Shown here one piece after another: positions 18,277-26,767 of a stretch of DNA of 56,824 nucleotides. Positions within the stretch are counted from its first letter, which is position 1; each line of letters starts with the position of its first letter. The stretch covers positions 1-56,824 of IMG/VR virus record IMGVR_UViG_3300023172_000035; one strand, given 5' to 3'. The DNA is from a virus. Its lineage: Duplodnaviria; Caudoviricetes. Both the position numbers and the translations under genes were made by a program. Below the pieces are notes generated by a model. It saw only the letters and a list, made by a program, of their open reading frames with translations. It searched no databases and was not told the origin of the DNA.

Positions 18277-18399
18277 CCAACAGACCTGAACATGTCTATA
18301 AACTGTTCATTCTTTTTATTTATTTTTTTAATTATATATATCGGCCATGGCTCGGGGGGTTATAGCTCGTCTTTAAGCCGACTGTAATCACGTTCTTAA

Positions 18400-18730
18400 A
18401 GCTGGAGTGTAAGGTTTAGCCTAAAGTTGACACTATATACACTATCTAGGTAATACCTTACGCAGTCTTTAGGGTTTTATATACTCAAACCTTACATCAC
18501 AAAGGTACCAACACGTTGATACGTAAGGCTTACAGCCATTCATGTAAGGTATTACTATCTAAACTATCTAGATTATCTATGTAAAGTAATGTCTTTGATA
18601 CTATTTTTGTTTCTATTACGATATATAAGGTCTCGGGTGTTAAGACATTACCTAAAAAAACTTAGATAAACTAGATAGTTTAGGCTAACTTATTGATTCT
18701 TAAGGACTTATACTATCTAAGTTTACATGC
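18400..18730. repeat. Non-coding array of ACTATCTA iterons and nested inverted repeats (candidate origin or packaging region)
   Basis: ACTATCTA at 18441, 18554, 18563, 18712, variant at 18572; inverted copies at 18663 and 18672; 21-bp IR 18559-18579/18663-18683. Confidence 0.7.
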
Positions 18731-18802
18731 CTACCTACGTTTACCCACTGTCTATTCCAGATACTTCGCATAAGCTGACATAGTAAACTTTACTACTGCC
18801 GG

Positions 18803-18852
18803 AAACTTGACAGGAAAAATTTTCTCATGCAAGGTTTCCCCAAGCTCAGGGA
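18803..18852 (+). promoter_or_regulatory. Early promoter P2
   Basis: TTGACA(18807)-N17-CAAGGT; near copy of P1. Confidence 0.65.
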
Positions 18853-18899
18853 TTTCCCCTTAGCGAGATTTATATAACCCTATTGGGTAGGAGTAAAGT

Positions 18900-19238
18900 A
18901 TGAGTAAGATAGATGAAAGTAACTTTTATGTGTGTATTAAACCTACAGTTCATAAAGGTGAGGACTCTTTAAAGATTGATATCTGTGATGAGAGTGAGCC
19001 TAATAAGTACCATTGTAGTGAGTCTAAGAAATGCTATGATGATATGGTTGCTATGAGTAACCACATCAAGTGTGGCTTAGTAACTTGGTCGCCTAAGAAT
19101 GCTATGGGCTTTATACCTAAGATATCTTTAAACAGATATGGTAGTGCATTTATGATGTTGTCTAATGGGACATCAGGTAAGTCTAGAGCCCCTGCTAAGG
19201 CATTAAGTCTTAAAGATGTATTGGCTATCAAAGTCTAA
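18900..19238 (+). CDS. Early hypothetical protein
   Basis: SD AGGAGTAAA; first gene after P2. Confidence 0.8.
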   Translation: MSKIDESNFYVCIKPTVHKGEDSLKIDICDESEPNKYHCSESKKCYDDMVAMSNHIKCGLVTWSPKNAMGFIPKISLNRYGSAFMMLSNGTSGKSRAPAKALSLKDVLAIKV

Positions 19239-19250
19239 TACGTTCCCCTT

Positions 19251-19288
19251 GAGTTCCCCTAGTGATGTACTAGGGGAATTCTTTTATT
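19251..19288 (+). terminator. Rho-independent terminator
   Basis: GAGTTCCCCTAGT/ACTAGGGGAATTC stem followed by TTTTATT. Confidence 0.8.
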
Positions 19289-19320
19289 CAAAATATTAAA
19301 GATTAAATAAGGAGTAAATT

Positions 19321-19458
19321 ATGAACTATTTAAAACAACCTAGTAAAGAAACCTATCAGCAAAGAGATAGAAGAATAGAGGCAGTAGAGATGTATTGGAG
19401 TTTCCCTAAAGCATTGCGTATAGGGTTAAGTAGGAACAAGTTATTGAGAGTTAAATAA
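19321..19458 (+). CDS. Small early protein (45 aa)
   Basis: TAAGGAGTAAAT SD; MNYLKQPSKETYQQRDRRIEAVEMYWSFPKALRIGLSRNKLLRVK. Confidence 0.6.
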   Translation: MNYLKQPSKETYQQRDRRIEAVEMYWSFPKALRIGLSRNKLLRVK

Positions 19459-19465
19459 GGAGTAA

Positions 19466-19669
19466 ATGATGAGTAAGTGTGCTTTATGTAATGATGATAT
19501 TAACCCTAAGAGAGTAGCTCTAGGTTATGATACATGCCTTAGGTGTGGTGAGGTAGAGGCTCGTAGGGTTAGACATACAGTAGTTCCATTACATAAGTCT
19601 AACTACATAGTGGTGAGTAATAAGAATGACCTCAAAGGAATTAATAACAAAGGTGGTAAGCATGGATAA
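19466..19669 (+). CDS. C4 zinc-finger protein, DksA/TraR-finger-like
   Basis: CALCNDDINPKRVALGYDTCLRC matches Cx2C..I...R...Cx2C. Confidence 0.65.
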   Translation: MMSKCALCNDDINPKRVALGYDTCLRCGEVEARRVRHTVVPLHKSNYIVVSNKNDLKGINNKGGKHG

Positions 19670-19831
19670 CATAAGTCTAGAGCAGACATACCTACTGACA
19701 GTAGGTGATGAGAAAGTAAAGATATGTCTATATCAGTCTAATAATGATGATGATACTGACATATGGTTAGAAGTAGAAGATAGTCCTAAGGCAACTATAG
19801 AACAAGTTACTTAGGTGGTAAGCATGGATAA
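19651..19831. repeat. 19-bp perfect direct repeat AGGTGGTAAGCATGGATAA (19651-19669, 19813-19831)
   Basis: Exact match. Confidence 0.9.
19662..19814 (+). CDS. Small acidic protein (probable start MDNISL at 19662)
   Basis: AGGTGG SD-like element; flanked by 19-bp direct repeats. Confidence 0.5.
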   Translation: MDNISLEQTYLLTVGDEKVKICLYQSNNDDDTDIWLEVEDSPKATIEQVT

Positions 19832-19985
19832 GCGTAATCGTAAGGTTATTGTTACCATGTGGGGTAGGTAGTGGCAAAGTAGGGCAAGTCCCACGCCTAT
19901 CTACCCTTAATGAATTACTAGCATGGGGCTAGTACAAACGAGCCTATGTATGAGATGGCATAGGCTCACCATATAGGAGTAAACT

Positions 19986-20999
19986 ATGAAAGCTAATGAG
20001 CTGATAACTACTATCAAGGCATTGTTTCCACTTAAGAGGACACTTTGTGTTGAGGGTAGCCCCGGTGGTGGTAAGACTACCATTGTCAGAGATGTGGCTA
20101 AAGAGTTAGGTGTTGGTTACATTGAGTTACACCTACCGACCATGTTGGTAGAAGACTTCGGTGTGCTATATCCTAAAGCTGACAGCAACAAGTTGGAGTA
20201 CAAGCTACCTGAGTGGTTTCCATCAGAAGATAGGACTGACATACCTGATGAGGGTATTCTATGTTTTGATGACAGAAACCAAGCTAGTGCTGATATTCAA
20301 AAGGTCTTAGCAAACGTATGCCAAGCTAGAACATTGCATGGTGCAAAGCTTAAAGATGGTTGGCATGTGATATCTACAGGTAATAGACAAAAGGATAGAG
20401 CTGGTGCTAACAGGGTGCTATCTCATCTACGTAATCGTGAGACTGTAGTTGAGCTTGAGACTAACCTAGATGAATGGGTTAAGTGGGCATTGATGAATGA
20501 TGTTAAGCAATCTGTTGTGTCGTTCTTGCAGTTCAGACCAAATCTATTGCATGATTTTGATCCTCAGAGGGAACAGAATCCATCACCTCGTTCATGGGTA
20601 GAGGGTGTATCTGACATCATTGGTGTTATACCAAATGATATTGCTGAACAACAAGCAATCATGGGTGCAGTTGGTGAGGGTGCTGGTGCTGAGTTTATCA
20701 GTTTCCTAAACATTCAGTCTAACCTACCTAGCCCTGACAGAGTGTTTGAGAATCCTCAGACAGCACCAATACCTGAGGAAACTAGTCATCTATATGCATA
20801 CTGTGGTGCAATTGCTTACCAAGCTGACAAGAATATTGACAACCTTATCAAGTACTGTCGAAGACTATCTAGCGACACAGTAGGTAAGGCTGAGTTCTCT
20901 ATCTTGACAGTCAAGTTAGCAGTTAACAAGTTCGGTACTAAGCTACAAGGTCAAGAGTTTTCCAAGTGGTGTGTCGAGAACGCTCAGTATCTAAACTAA
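19986..20999 (+). CDS. MoxR-like AAA+ ATPase
   Basis: Walker A GSPGGGKT, Walker B ILCFDD, sensor STGNR, arginine finger LRNR, PSPRSW. Confidence 0.88.
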   Translation: MKANELITTIKALFPLKRTLCVEGSPGGGKTTIVRDVAKELGVGYIELHLPTMLVEDFGVLYPKADSNKLEYKLPEWFPSEDRTDIPDEGILCFDDRNQASADIQKVLANVCQARTLHGAKLKDGWHVISTGNRQKDRAGANRVLSHLRNRETVVELETNLDEWVKWALMNDVKQSVVSFLQFRPNLLHDFDPQREQNPSPRSWVEGVSDIIGVIPNDIAEQQAIMGAVGEGAGAEFISFLNIQSNLPSPDRVFENPQTAPIPEETSHLYAYCGAIAYQADKNIDNLIKYCRRLSSDTVGKAEFSILTVKLAVNKFGTKLQGQEFSKWCVENAQYLN

Positions 21000-21469
21000 T
21001 GGGTTATCGTAGTGAAGTGTTATGTGCTGTAGGGTTTCCCACTAGGGATAAACTTGTAGAGTACATGACACTACATAGACTGAAAAGCTATCCACATGAT
21101 ACTAGACATTTACTAGATGAGTTCATTAGTAAGGCTAAGATTATTGAGGGTGATGGTCATGCTGTTGCATTTCACCAATATGAAAGCATCAAGTGGTATG
21201 AAAACTATGAAGATGTACAGATTATATCGCAGTTCATAACAGGTGTATGTGAACATGATAACCAAGCTGTAGGTAAGATAGCAAGGGTAGGTGAGGAACA
21301 AGGCGATATTGAAAATGATACATATGACCAAATACCAAGTGGTGGTAATCATGATGTGTATGAGGCTTTGGATAATCTATTTTACCCTGTGTCGTATGTG
21401 TGTATAGACATACCAGAGGGTGAGTTACAACAATTAAAAACTATAGGAGAGTTACATGAAACTAAGTGA
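20999..21469 (+). CDS. Hypothetical protein (probable start MGYRSEV)
   Basis: TAATG coupling to the ATPase; KWYENYEDV...RVGEE..DIE pattern seen in phage early genes. Confidence 0.7.
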   Translation: MGYRSEVLCAVGFPTRDKLVEYMTLHRLKSYPHDTRHLLDEFISKAKIIEGDGHAVAFHQYESIKWYENYEDVQIISQFITGVCEHDNQAVGKIARVGEEQGDIENDTYDQIPSGGNHDVYEALDNLFYPVSYVCIDIPEGELQQLKTIGELHETK

Positions 21470-22307
21470 TAAGGCATTGCTAGTACAACTTAATGTATCA
21501 CAGTGGACAGCTCGTAAGCTAGACAAGAAAGCTACAGACCTTGTAGCCCAAGCTAGTAATACAGGCAACCACGCTGGTAGGTACAACAAGTCATTACTAC
21601 CAATGAATGAATACCTAGACAATGTGCATAAGAAAACCACATTGATTAGGAAAGAGTATTATCACAATACACTACCTTGGGGTATTGATGGGACAATGAT
21701 ACTACCAACTGATAACTATCTAGACTTCATGGCGAAGTTCAGACAGTACAAATCAGAATGGGAAATGCTAGTAGATAATTTTCTAGTAGCGTATCCACAG
21801 TTGCAGTTGAATGCACAAAGATATCTAGGTGATTTATATAACCCCAATGACTATCCAAGTGCAGATGTATTGAGGCGTAAGTTCAGTATGGACATGACTG
21901 TTCTACCTGTACCATCTAATGACTTTAGAGTTGGTATTGATGAGCAAGAACTTGCTGACATACAGCAACAAGTTGAGGCAAGAGTTCAGCAGTCTACCAA
22001 AGTTGCTATGCAAGAGGCATGGCAAAGATTATACGACAAGGTAAAGAGTATGGCTGAGAGATTGTCGGATACTAAAGCAGTCTTTAGAGATACGTTAGTA
22101 ACCAATATACAAGATGTATGTGATGTATTGAAAAGACTAAACGTAACAGGTGATGAAGACCTAGAGAACATGAGGCTCATGGTTGAAGGCACCTTAGCAA
22201 ACAACAACCCTGAAAGTCTAAGACTAGACCTTGACTTGAGAAAGAAAAAGTCTAGTGAGGCTAAGGATATATTAGACAGAATGGGTGCATTTATGGGACA
22301 ACAATAA
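21456..22307 (+). CDS. DUF3150-like helical protein
   Basis: WTARKLDK, TLPW, LGDLYNPNDYPS; typical neighbour of phage MoxR/VWA pairs. Confidence 0.55.
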   Translation: MKLSDKALLVQLNVSQWTARKLDKKATDLVAQASNTGNHAGRYNKSLLPMNEYLDNVHKKTTLIRKEYYHNTLPWGIDGTMILPTDNYLDFMAKFRQYKSEWEMLVDNFLVAYPQLQLNAQRYLGDLYNPNDYPSADVLRRKFSMDMTVLPVPSNDFRVGIDEQELADIQQQVEARVQQSTKVAMQEAWQRLYDKVKSMAERLSDTKAVFRDTLVTNIQDVCDVLKRLNVTGDEDLENMRLMVEGTLANNNPESLRLDLDLRKKKSSEAKDILDRMGAFMGQQ

Positions 22308-23461
22308 TGATTGATGAAATAACACAGAAACGACTAGAGAAGAAACTTAAGAAAGCTAAGGCTCAGTTGATACTAGACTATCCATTCATTGGTAACATTG
22401 CGTTCACCCTTGAAACTGTATGGGATACTAGCATACCAACAGCTTGTACTGATGGCGAAATGATTAAGTTTAATCCTCAGTTTGTAGATGACATGAGTGA
22501 TGATGAGTTTAAGTTCTTACTTGCTCATGAATGTATGCACCCTATGTTAGAACATTGCTTTCGTAGGGGTAATAAAGATCCATATAAATGGAATCAAGCA
22601 GGTGATTATGTCATTAACCAAATACTGATTGATGATAGTGTAGGTAAAATGCCTAGCTGTGGTGGTCTGTATGACAGAAGACTACATGCTGAGGGTGGTG
22701 GTACTACTGAGGGTATATACAACCTACTACCTGAGACACCTGAAGATGAACAAGGTATGGGTGGTGAGGGTAAGCCACTAGATAATTGTATGGACAGTAG
22801 TGGTACTGAATCAGACAGAAATAGACAACAAGCTAAGTGGAAAGTTAGAGTGGCTCAGTCAGCACAATCAGCTAAGATGATGGGCAAGATGTCAGCCGGA
22901 CTTGAACGACTAGTAGATGACATGCTTAAACCTAGAGTGGATTGGCGTGATGTCTTACACAGATTTGTTGTCAAGGCTAGGACTGATGATAGAACATTCT
23001 CTAGAGCTAACAGAAGATTCTTACCACAAGGATTGTACTTACCGAGTGTATCAGGTGAGGCTATGGGTGAGCTAGTGTTTGCAGTGGATTGCTCAGGCTC
23101 TATCAGTCAAGATGAGATAAACCAATTCGCTAGTGAGATTACTACTGTATGGCAAGACCAATGCCCAACAAGTATTCATGTGATATATTTTGATAGTGAG
23201 GTATGTCACTATGACAAGTTCGAGAGAGGAAATGATGAGCCTGTTATCAAGCCACATGGTGGTGGTGGTACAGCATTCAGCCCTGTCTTTAACTTCATGA
23301 GTAAGAATGGTATCGAGCCTGTTGCTTGTATATTTCTTACTGACCTCTACTGTAGTGACTTTGGCACAGAGCCACAATGTCCTGTGCTATGGGTATCTAC
23401 TGAGAGGAATAATACGAGTGTGCCTTTTGGTGAGGTAGTCAAAATGCATGATGAAAAATAA
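22307..23461 (+). CDS. Zincin metallopeptidase + VWA protein (DUF2201-like)
   Basis: PTACTDG, HECMH (HExxH), MIDAS DCSGS, GGGGT, FLTD. Confidence 0.88.
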   Translation: MIDEITQKRLEKKLKKAKAQLILDYPFIGNIAFTLETVWDTSIPTACTDGEMIKFNPQFVDDMSDDEFKFLLAHECMHPMLEHCFRRGNKDPYKWNQAGDYVINQILIDDSVGKMPSCGGLYDRRLHAEGGGTTEGIYNLLPETPEDEQGMGGEGKPLDNCMDSSGTESDRNRQQAKWKVRVAQSAQSAKMMGKMSAGLERLVDDMLKPRVDWRDVLHRFVVKARTDDRTFSRANRRFLPQGLYLPSVSGEAMGELVFAVDCSGSISQDEINQFASEITTVWQDQCPTSIHVIYFDSEVCHYDKFERGNDEPVIKPHGGGGTAFSPVFNFMSKNGIEPVACIFLTDLYCSDFGTEPQCPVLWVSTERNNTSVPFGEVVKMHDEK

Positions 23462-23481
23462 CTATAACCAAGGAGTAAATA

Positions 23482-24198
23482 ATGGCTACAGTTAGAATGA
23501 GTGGTGTCCTCAAACAAGACATCTTAAGAAACTTATCACAATCTTATAACCATAGACTTGTAGATTGGGATACTAATAATCCAAGACCTGAAGATTGGGG
23601 TAGTAGAATATACGATTCTCTAGTGCCACAGGACTTGAAAGATAAACTAAAAGCAATACCTAAAGGTTGGCTTGAGACAACGAGGACAATTGCCCTTAAT
23701 GGATTTAAAAATGTTGCTGATGATAGCTTACTTAAATTACCTAGAGAGCTTACAAGTAATTGCTATAGTGATGAGCCTTATTACATAGAGAAAACTCTTA
23801 GTGCGTCTCGTCTTGAGTGGGAGTTACCTGAAAAAGTACCTGTACCTGTACATAAAGAGGAAAGTTTATTCTCATATGAACGACTAATTGTTGCTGATGA
23901 CAGTAGGTTTGAGTGGCTTAGAATTGAGTATGCTAAGTGGATTCAACCACTACAAGAGTTATTAGCTGAGAGGAGAAAGATGATAGACAATGTGAAAGCG
24001 TTACTTGATTCTCATAAGACACTAGCCCCAATGCTTAAGAAGTGGGATGGATTATGGGGACTTCTACCTGAAGAGGCTAAGGACAGACACAAACAAGTTG
24101 TGGAGAGAAATGTTAGCTCTACTGAGGATAAGACTGATGGCATTGACTTCAATGAAGTTACATCTCATCTAACAATGAACAAACTAATGGAGAAATAA
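23482..24198 (+). CDS. Hypothetical protein, possibly Nmad5-like
   Basis: SD AAGGAG; C-terminal TLAPMLKKW..LWGLLP resembles Nmad5 (weak). Confidence 0.55.
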   Translation: MATVRMSGVLKQDILRNLSQSYNHRLVDWDTNNPRPEDWGSRIYDSLVPQDLKDKLKAIPKGWLETTRTIALNGFKNVADDSLLKLPRELTSNCYSDEPYYIEKTLSASRLEWELPEKVPVPVHKEESLFSYERLIVADDSRFEWLRIEYAKWIQPLQELLAERRKMIDNVKALLDSHKTLAPMLKKWDGLWGLLPEEAKDRHKQVVERNVSSTEDKTDGIDFNEVTSHLTMNKLMEK

Positions 24199-24199
24199 T

Positions 24200-25240
24200 A
24201 TGGGTATATATCATGATACTAGTTATGACTATAACAAAGGTGAGTTATATCATAAATATACTAGCCCTGATGACTACTATGAAAATAATACATGCAGATA
24301 TCACAGCATGAGTTGGGATAGTCTAAACGATATAATGTGTACATGTAGGAACAAGGCTAAGGGTAAGCCTATCAGTTCATGGGGTAGACTTAAACAAGAT
24401 GACAATGGTGATATCTTTTTATGTGATGATTGGAACGTAGATGGTAGGTATTGGACTGTATCTAAAGACAATATAGTTACATTCCACATAGACTCTAACA
24501 ATACAGGTGGGCAGACTGTTGTATCATCAATGCCAAATTGGTTTCCTGTAGGACTTCACAGACAAGGTGCTGGTGATTACAGAGTAGTATTTGGTTGGGA
24601 CCACTACAAATATACAAAAGCTTTTACAGACAAATCAGATAAGATTGAGTGGACTGAGAGATTTAAACTAATGGAGAGTGATAGAGATTTCTTTTCTAAC
24701 TCACCATATGTATTTGATGGGTTGCAATATGATCTAAATAATCATTGCTTTATTAATGCTAAATCTATGGAGAAATCTGTAGAGTATCCTGATAAACGAA
24801 AACAATGGAGAGGATTACTAACTAAACATAAACGAGTACTGAAATCTATGATTAGTATTGGTATGTTTAACAAATTCAAAGAAGACTTAGACAAACTACC
24901 AAATGAAGTTACAAGTACATACAGGTGGTATAATCTACCTTGGAATAGAGTTGATTTCGTAGAGTATGTATTATCACACATGGCAAAAGATGAGTTACCC
25001 GAAGTGCTACTTAGAATGTATGCGTTTCATTTCGCAAATAAAAGTGACACAATAACTACAGGGCAAGTGGATAGTTTCTTTTCTGAGTATGGGTTTTCAT
25101 TTAAAGAATACTTGGGTGTATTCAAATCACTTGGGTACAAACACCAACACATTGGTAGAAAATACTATGGCTTAAAAGACTTAACAAGTAACCCTAATGA
25201 GCAATCATTAGAATCTATAATTAAATTATTTACAATATAG
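24200..25240 (+). CDS. Hypothetical protein
   Basis: 346-aa ORF in the operon, SD GGAG. Confidence 0.75.
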   Translation: MGIYHDTSYDYNKGELYHKYTSPDDYYENNTCRYHSMSWDSLNDIMCTCRNKAKGKPISSWGRLKQDDNGDIFLCDDWNVDGRYWTVSKDNIVTFHIDSNNTGGQTVVSSMPNWFPVGLHRQGAGDYRVVFGWDHYKYTKAFTDKSDKIEWTERFKLMESDRDFFSNSPYVFDGLQYDLNNHCFINAKSMEKSVEYPDKRKQWRGLLTKHKRVLKSMISIGMFNKFKEDLDKLPNEVTSTYRWYNLPWNRVDFVEYVLSHMAKDELPEVLLRMYAFHFANKSDTITTGQVDSFFSEYGFSFKEYLGVFKSLGYKHQHIGRKYYGLKDLTSNPNEQSLESIIKLFTI

Positions 25241-25250
25241 GAGAAATAAA

Positions 25251-25433
25251 ATGAGTGAGAGAGATGTAGATAAAGTAAACATAGCAGTATGTGATTGTAC
25301 TAATGGAGAGGTAACTCTCTATTGGAAAGTGCAATTAGTACTAGGCACAGAGGAAGAGTGGGTAGCTGAAAGACACAACATAAGTAATTGTTCTTGGGCT
25401 ACATTTAAATCAGTTAGAGAGGTAATACTATGA
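25251..25433 (+). CDS. Hypothetical protein
   Basis: SD AGGAG; operon packing. Confidence 0.6.
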   Translation: MSERDVDKVNIAVCDCTNGEVTLYWKVQLVLGTEEEWVAERHNISNCSWATFKSVREVIL

Positions 25434-25684
25434 GTAAAGATGTAAAACTAAAAGACTTAGATAAAGCTAAGATACTTCAAATATGTATGGGTAGAAGACT
25501 ATTAATTGATAAGGTTAAAGTATGGCTGAGGTCTGAGATATCAGACAATCAAGATGTAGCTGACGCTAAGGATAACAACGAGGAAGAAGTAACTAGTGAT
25601 GGTACTGATGATATTATCTATGGCAGACATGAATGTGCAAAGTGTTTGTATGAACAGATATTAGAATGGGAGAAGAAGATATGA
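25430..25684 (+). CDS. Hypothetical protein
   Basis: ATGA overlap; SD GAGG. Confidence 0.65.
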   Translation: MSKDVKLKDLDKAKILQICMGRRLLIDKVKVWLRSEISDNQDVADAKDNNEEEVTSDGTDDIIYGRHECAKCLYEQILEWEKKI

Positions 25685-26148
25685 CAATAGTTGTATGGGA
25701 TGGTGAAACACTAGCTACTGATATGCAAGCTAATGATGGCATGCAGAAGTGGAAGTCAGAGAAAGCTTGGTATATAGATAAAGACTTTGATGAAGTTCAG
25801 ATTGTATCTGGTGTTGGTATACTACAAGATATAATAAGACTTCGTGAATGGTATAGGACAGGGTGTTCCGAAGATAAATTCCCCATAGCATTTGGATCTC
25901 ACAGGGTTACACCCACAGCAAAACTTATTGTGGTGACTAAGCCTGAGGGTTTGTTGTTATACGATGGTATACCACAACCAATTGAATATGGATTTAAACC
26001 ATGTGCATTTGGAGAGGGTAAAGATTTTGCCCTAGGTGCGTTATCTATGGGTGCTACATCTGTTGAGGCAGTTAACGTAGCTAATGAACATTCTTTACAT
26101 TGTGGTAAAGGTGTTACAGAATTGACTTTAAAAGTTAAAGAGCATTAG
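25681..26148 (+). CDS. Ntn-hydrolase/proteasome-beta (HslV-like) protein; probable start MTIVVWD at 25681
   Basis: M-T-I-V-V-W-D-G...ATD.Q N-terminus; AFGEG.DFALGAL.MGA...EAV..A. Confidence 0.65.
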   Translation: MTIVVWDGETLATDMQANDGMQKWKSEKAWYIDKDFDEVQIVSGVGILQDIIRLREWYRTGCSEDKFPIAFGSHRVTPTAKLIVVTKPEGLLLYDGIPQPIEYGFKPCAFGEGKDFALGALSMGATSVEAVNVANEHSLHCGKGVTELTLKVKEH

Positions 26149-26159
26149 GAGGGTAAACA

Positions 26160-26342
26160 ATGCCAAAATATAAGACAACAGGTTGGGTTAAAGTTAGAGA
26201 TAAACTTTCTTGTTCAGCAGAGGAATTGTTAGAAAGTATTATGGAGGCTACATCTGACATGGGTATATCAATATATAATGATGAGGATAAAGCAGAACAA
26301 GATGGTGTAGACTTACACATAATTATAGATAGGGAGGAGTAA
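26160..26342 (+). CDS. Hypothetical protein
   Basis: SD AGGAGG. Confidence 0.65.
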   Translation: MPKYKTTGWVKVRDKLSCSAEELLESIMEATSDMGISIYNDEDKAEQDGVDLHIIIDREE

Positions 26343-26573
26343 ATGAATATAAAAAGTAACGATATGGTCGCAAAGCCACACCACTATGCAAGGTATAAGA
26401 TTGAGCCAATAACATTTATTGTTGAGAACGAGATACCTTATTGTGAATCAAACGTAATCAAGTATGTCTGTAGGTGGCAACACAAACACCCAACTAAACA
26501 AGGACAGATTGAAGACTTAAAAAAGGCTAGGCAGTATTTAGATATATTAATTAAGAAAGCAGAACAGGGGTAA
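26343..26573 (+). CDS. DUF3310 (SaV/T7 gp1.7-like) protein
   Basis: DMV.KP.HY...IEPI...NVIKYVCRW..K...EDLKKARQYL. Confidence 0.85.
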   Translation: MNIKSNDMVAKPHHYARYKIEPITFIVENEIPYCESNVIKYVCRWQHKHPTKQGQIEDLKKARQYLDILIKKAEQG

Positions 26574-26575
26574 AA

Positions 26576-26764
26576 ATGAGACTAAAGGTAAACACATTTG
26601 TAGAAACTACTTATGAATTAAAAGACAAAGACATTCCTGATGACTTTGATAATTGGTCAGATGATGAGAAAGCTAATTACTTTGAAAAGTTTGGTAAAGC
26701 AATAGTAAAAGACGTAGGGTATTGTGGTTATCCTAATACACCTGTTGTAACTATTGAGGAATAA
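26576..26764 (+). CDS. Hypothetical protein
   Basis: Operon packing. Confidence 0.6.
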   Translation: MRLKVNTFVETTYELKDKDIPDDFDNWSDDEKANYFEKFGKAIVKDVGYCGYPNTPVVTIEE

Positions 26765-26767
26765 TTA

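Noticed and set aside
18354-18410. tRNA-like fragments (GGGGGTTATAGCTC..., GACTGTAATC)
   Set aside because: No T-arm consensus, acceptor-stem partner or CCA; cannot be folded into a cloverleaf
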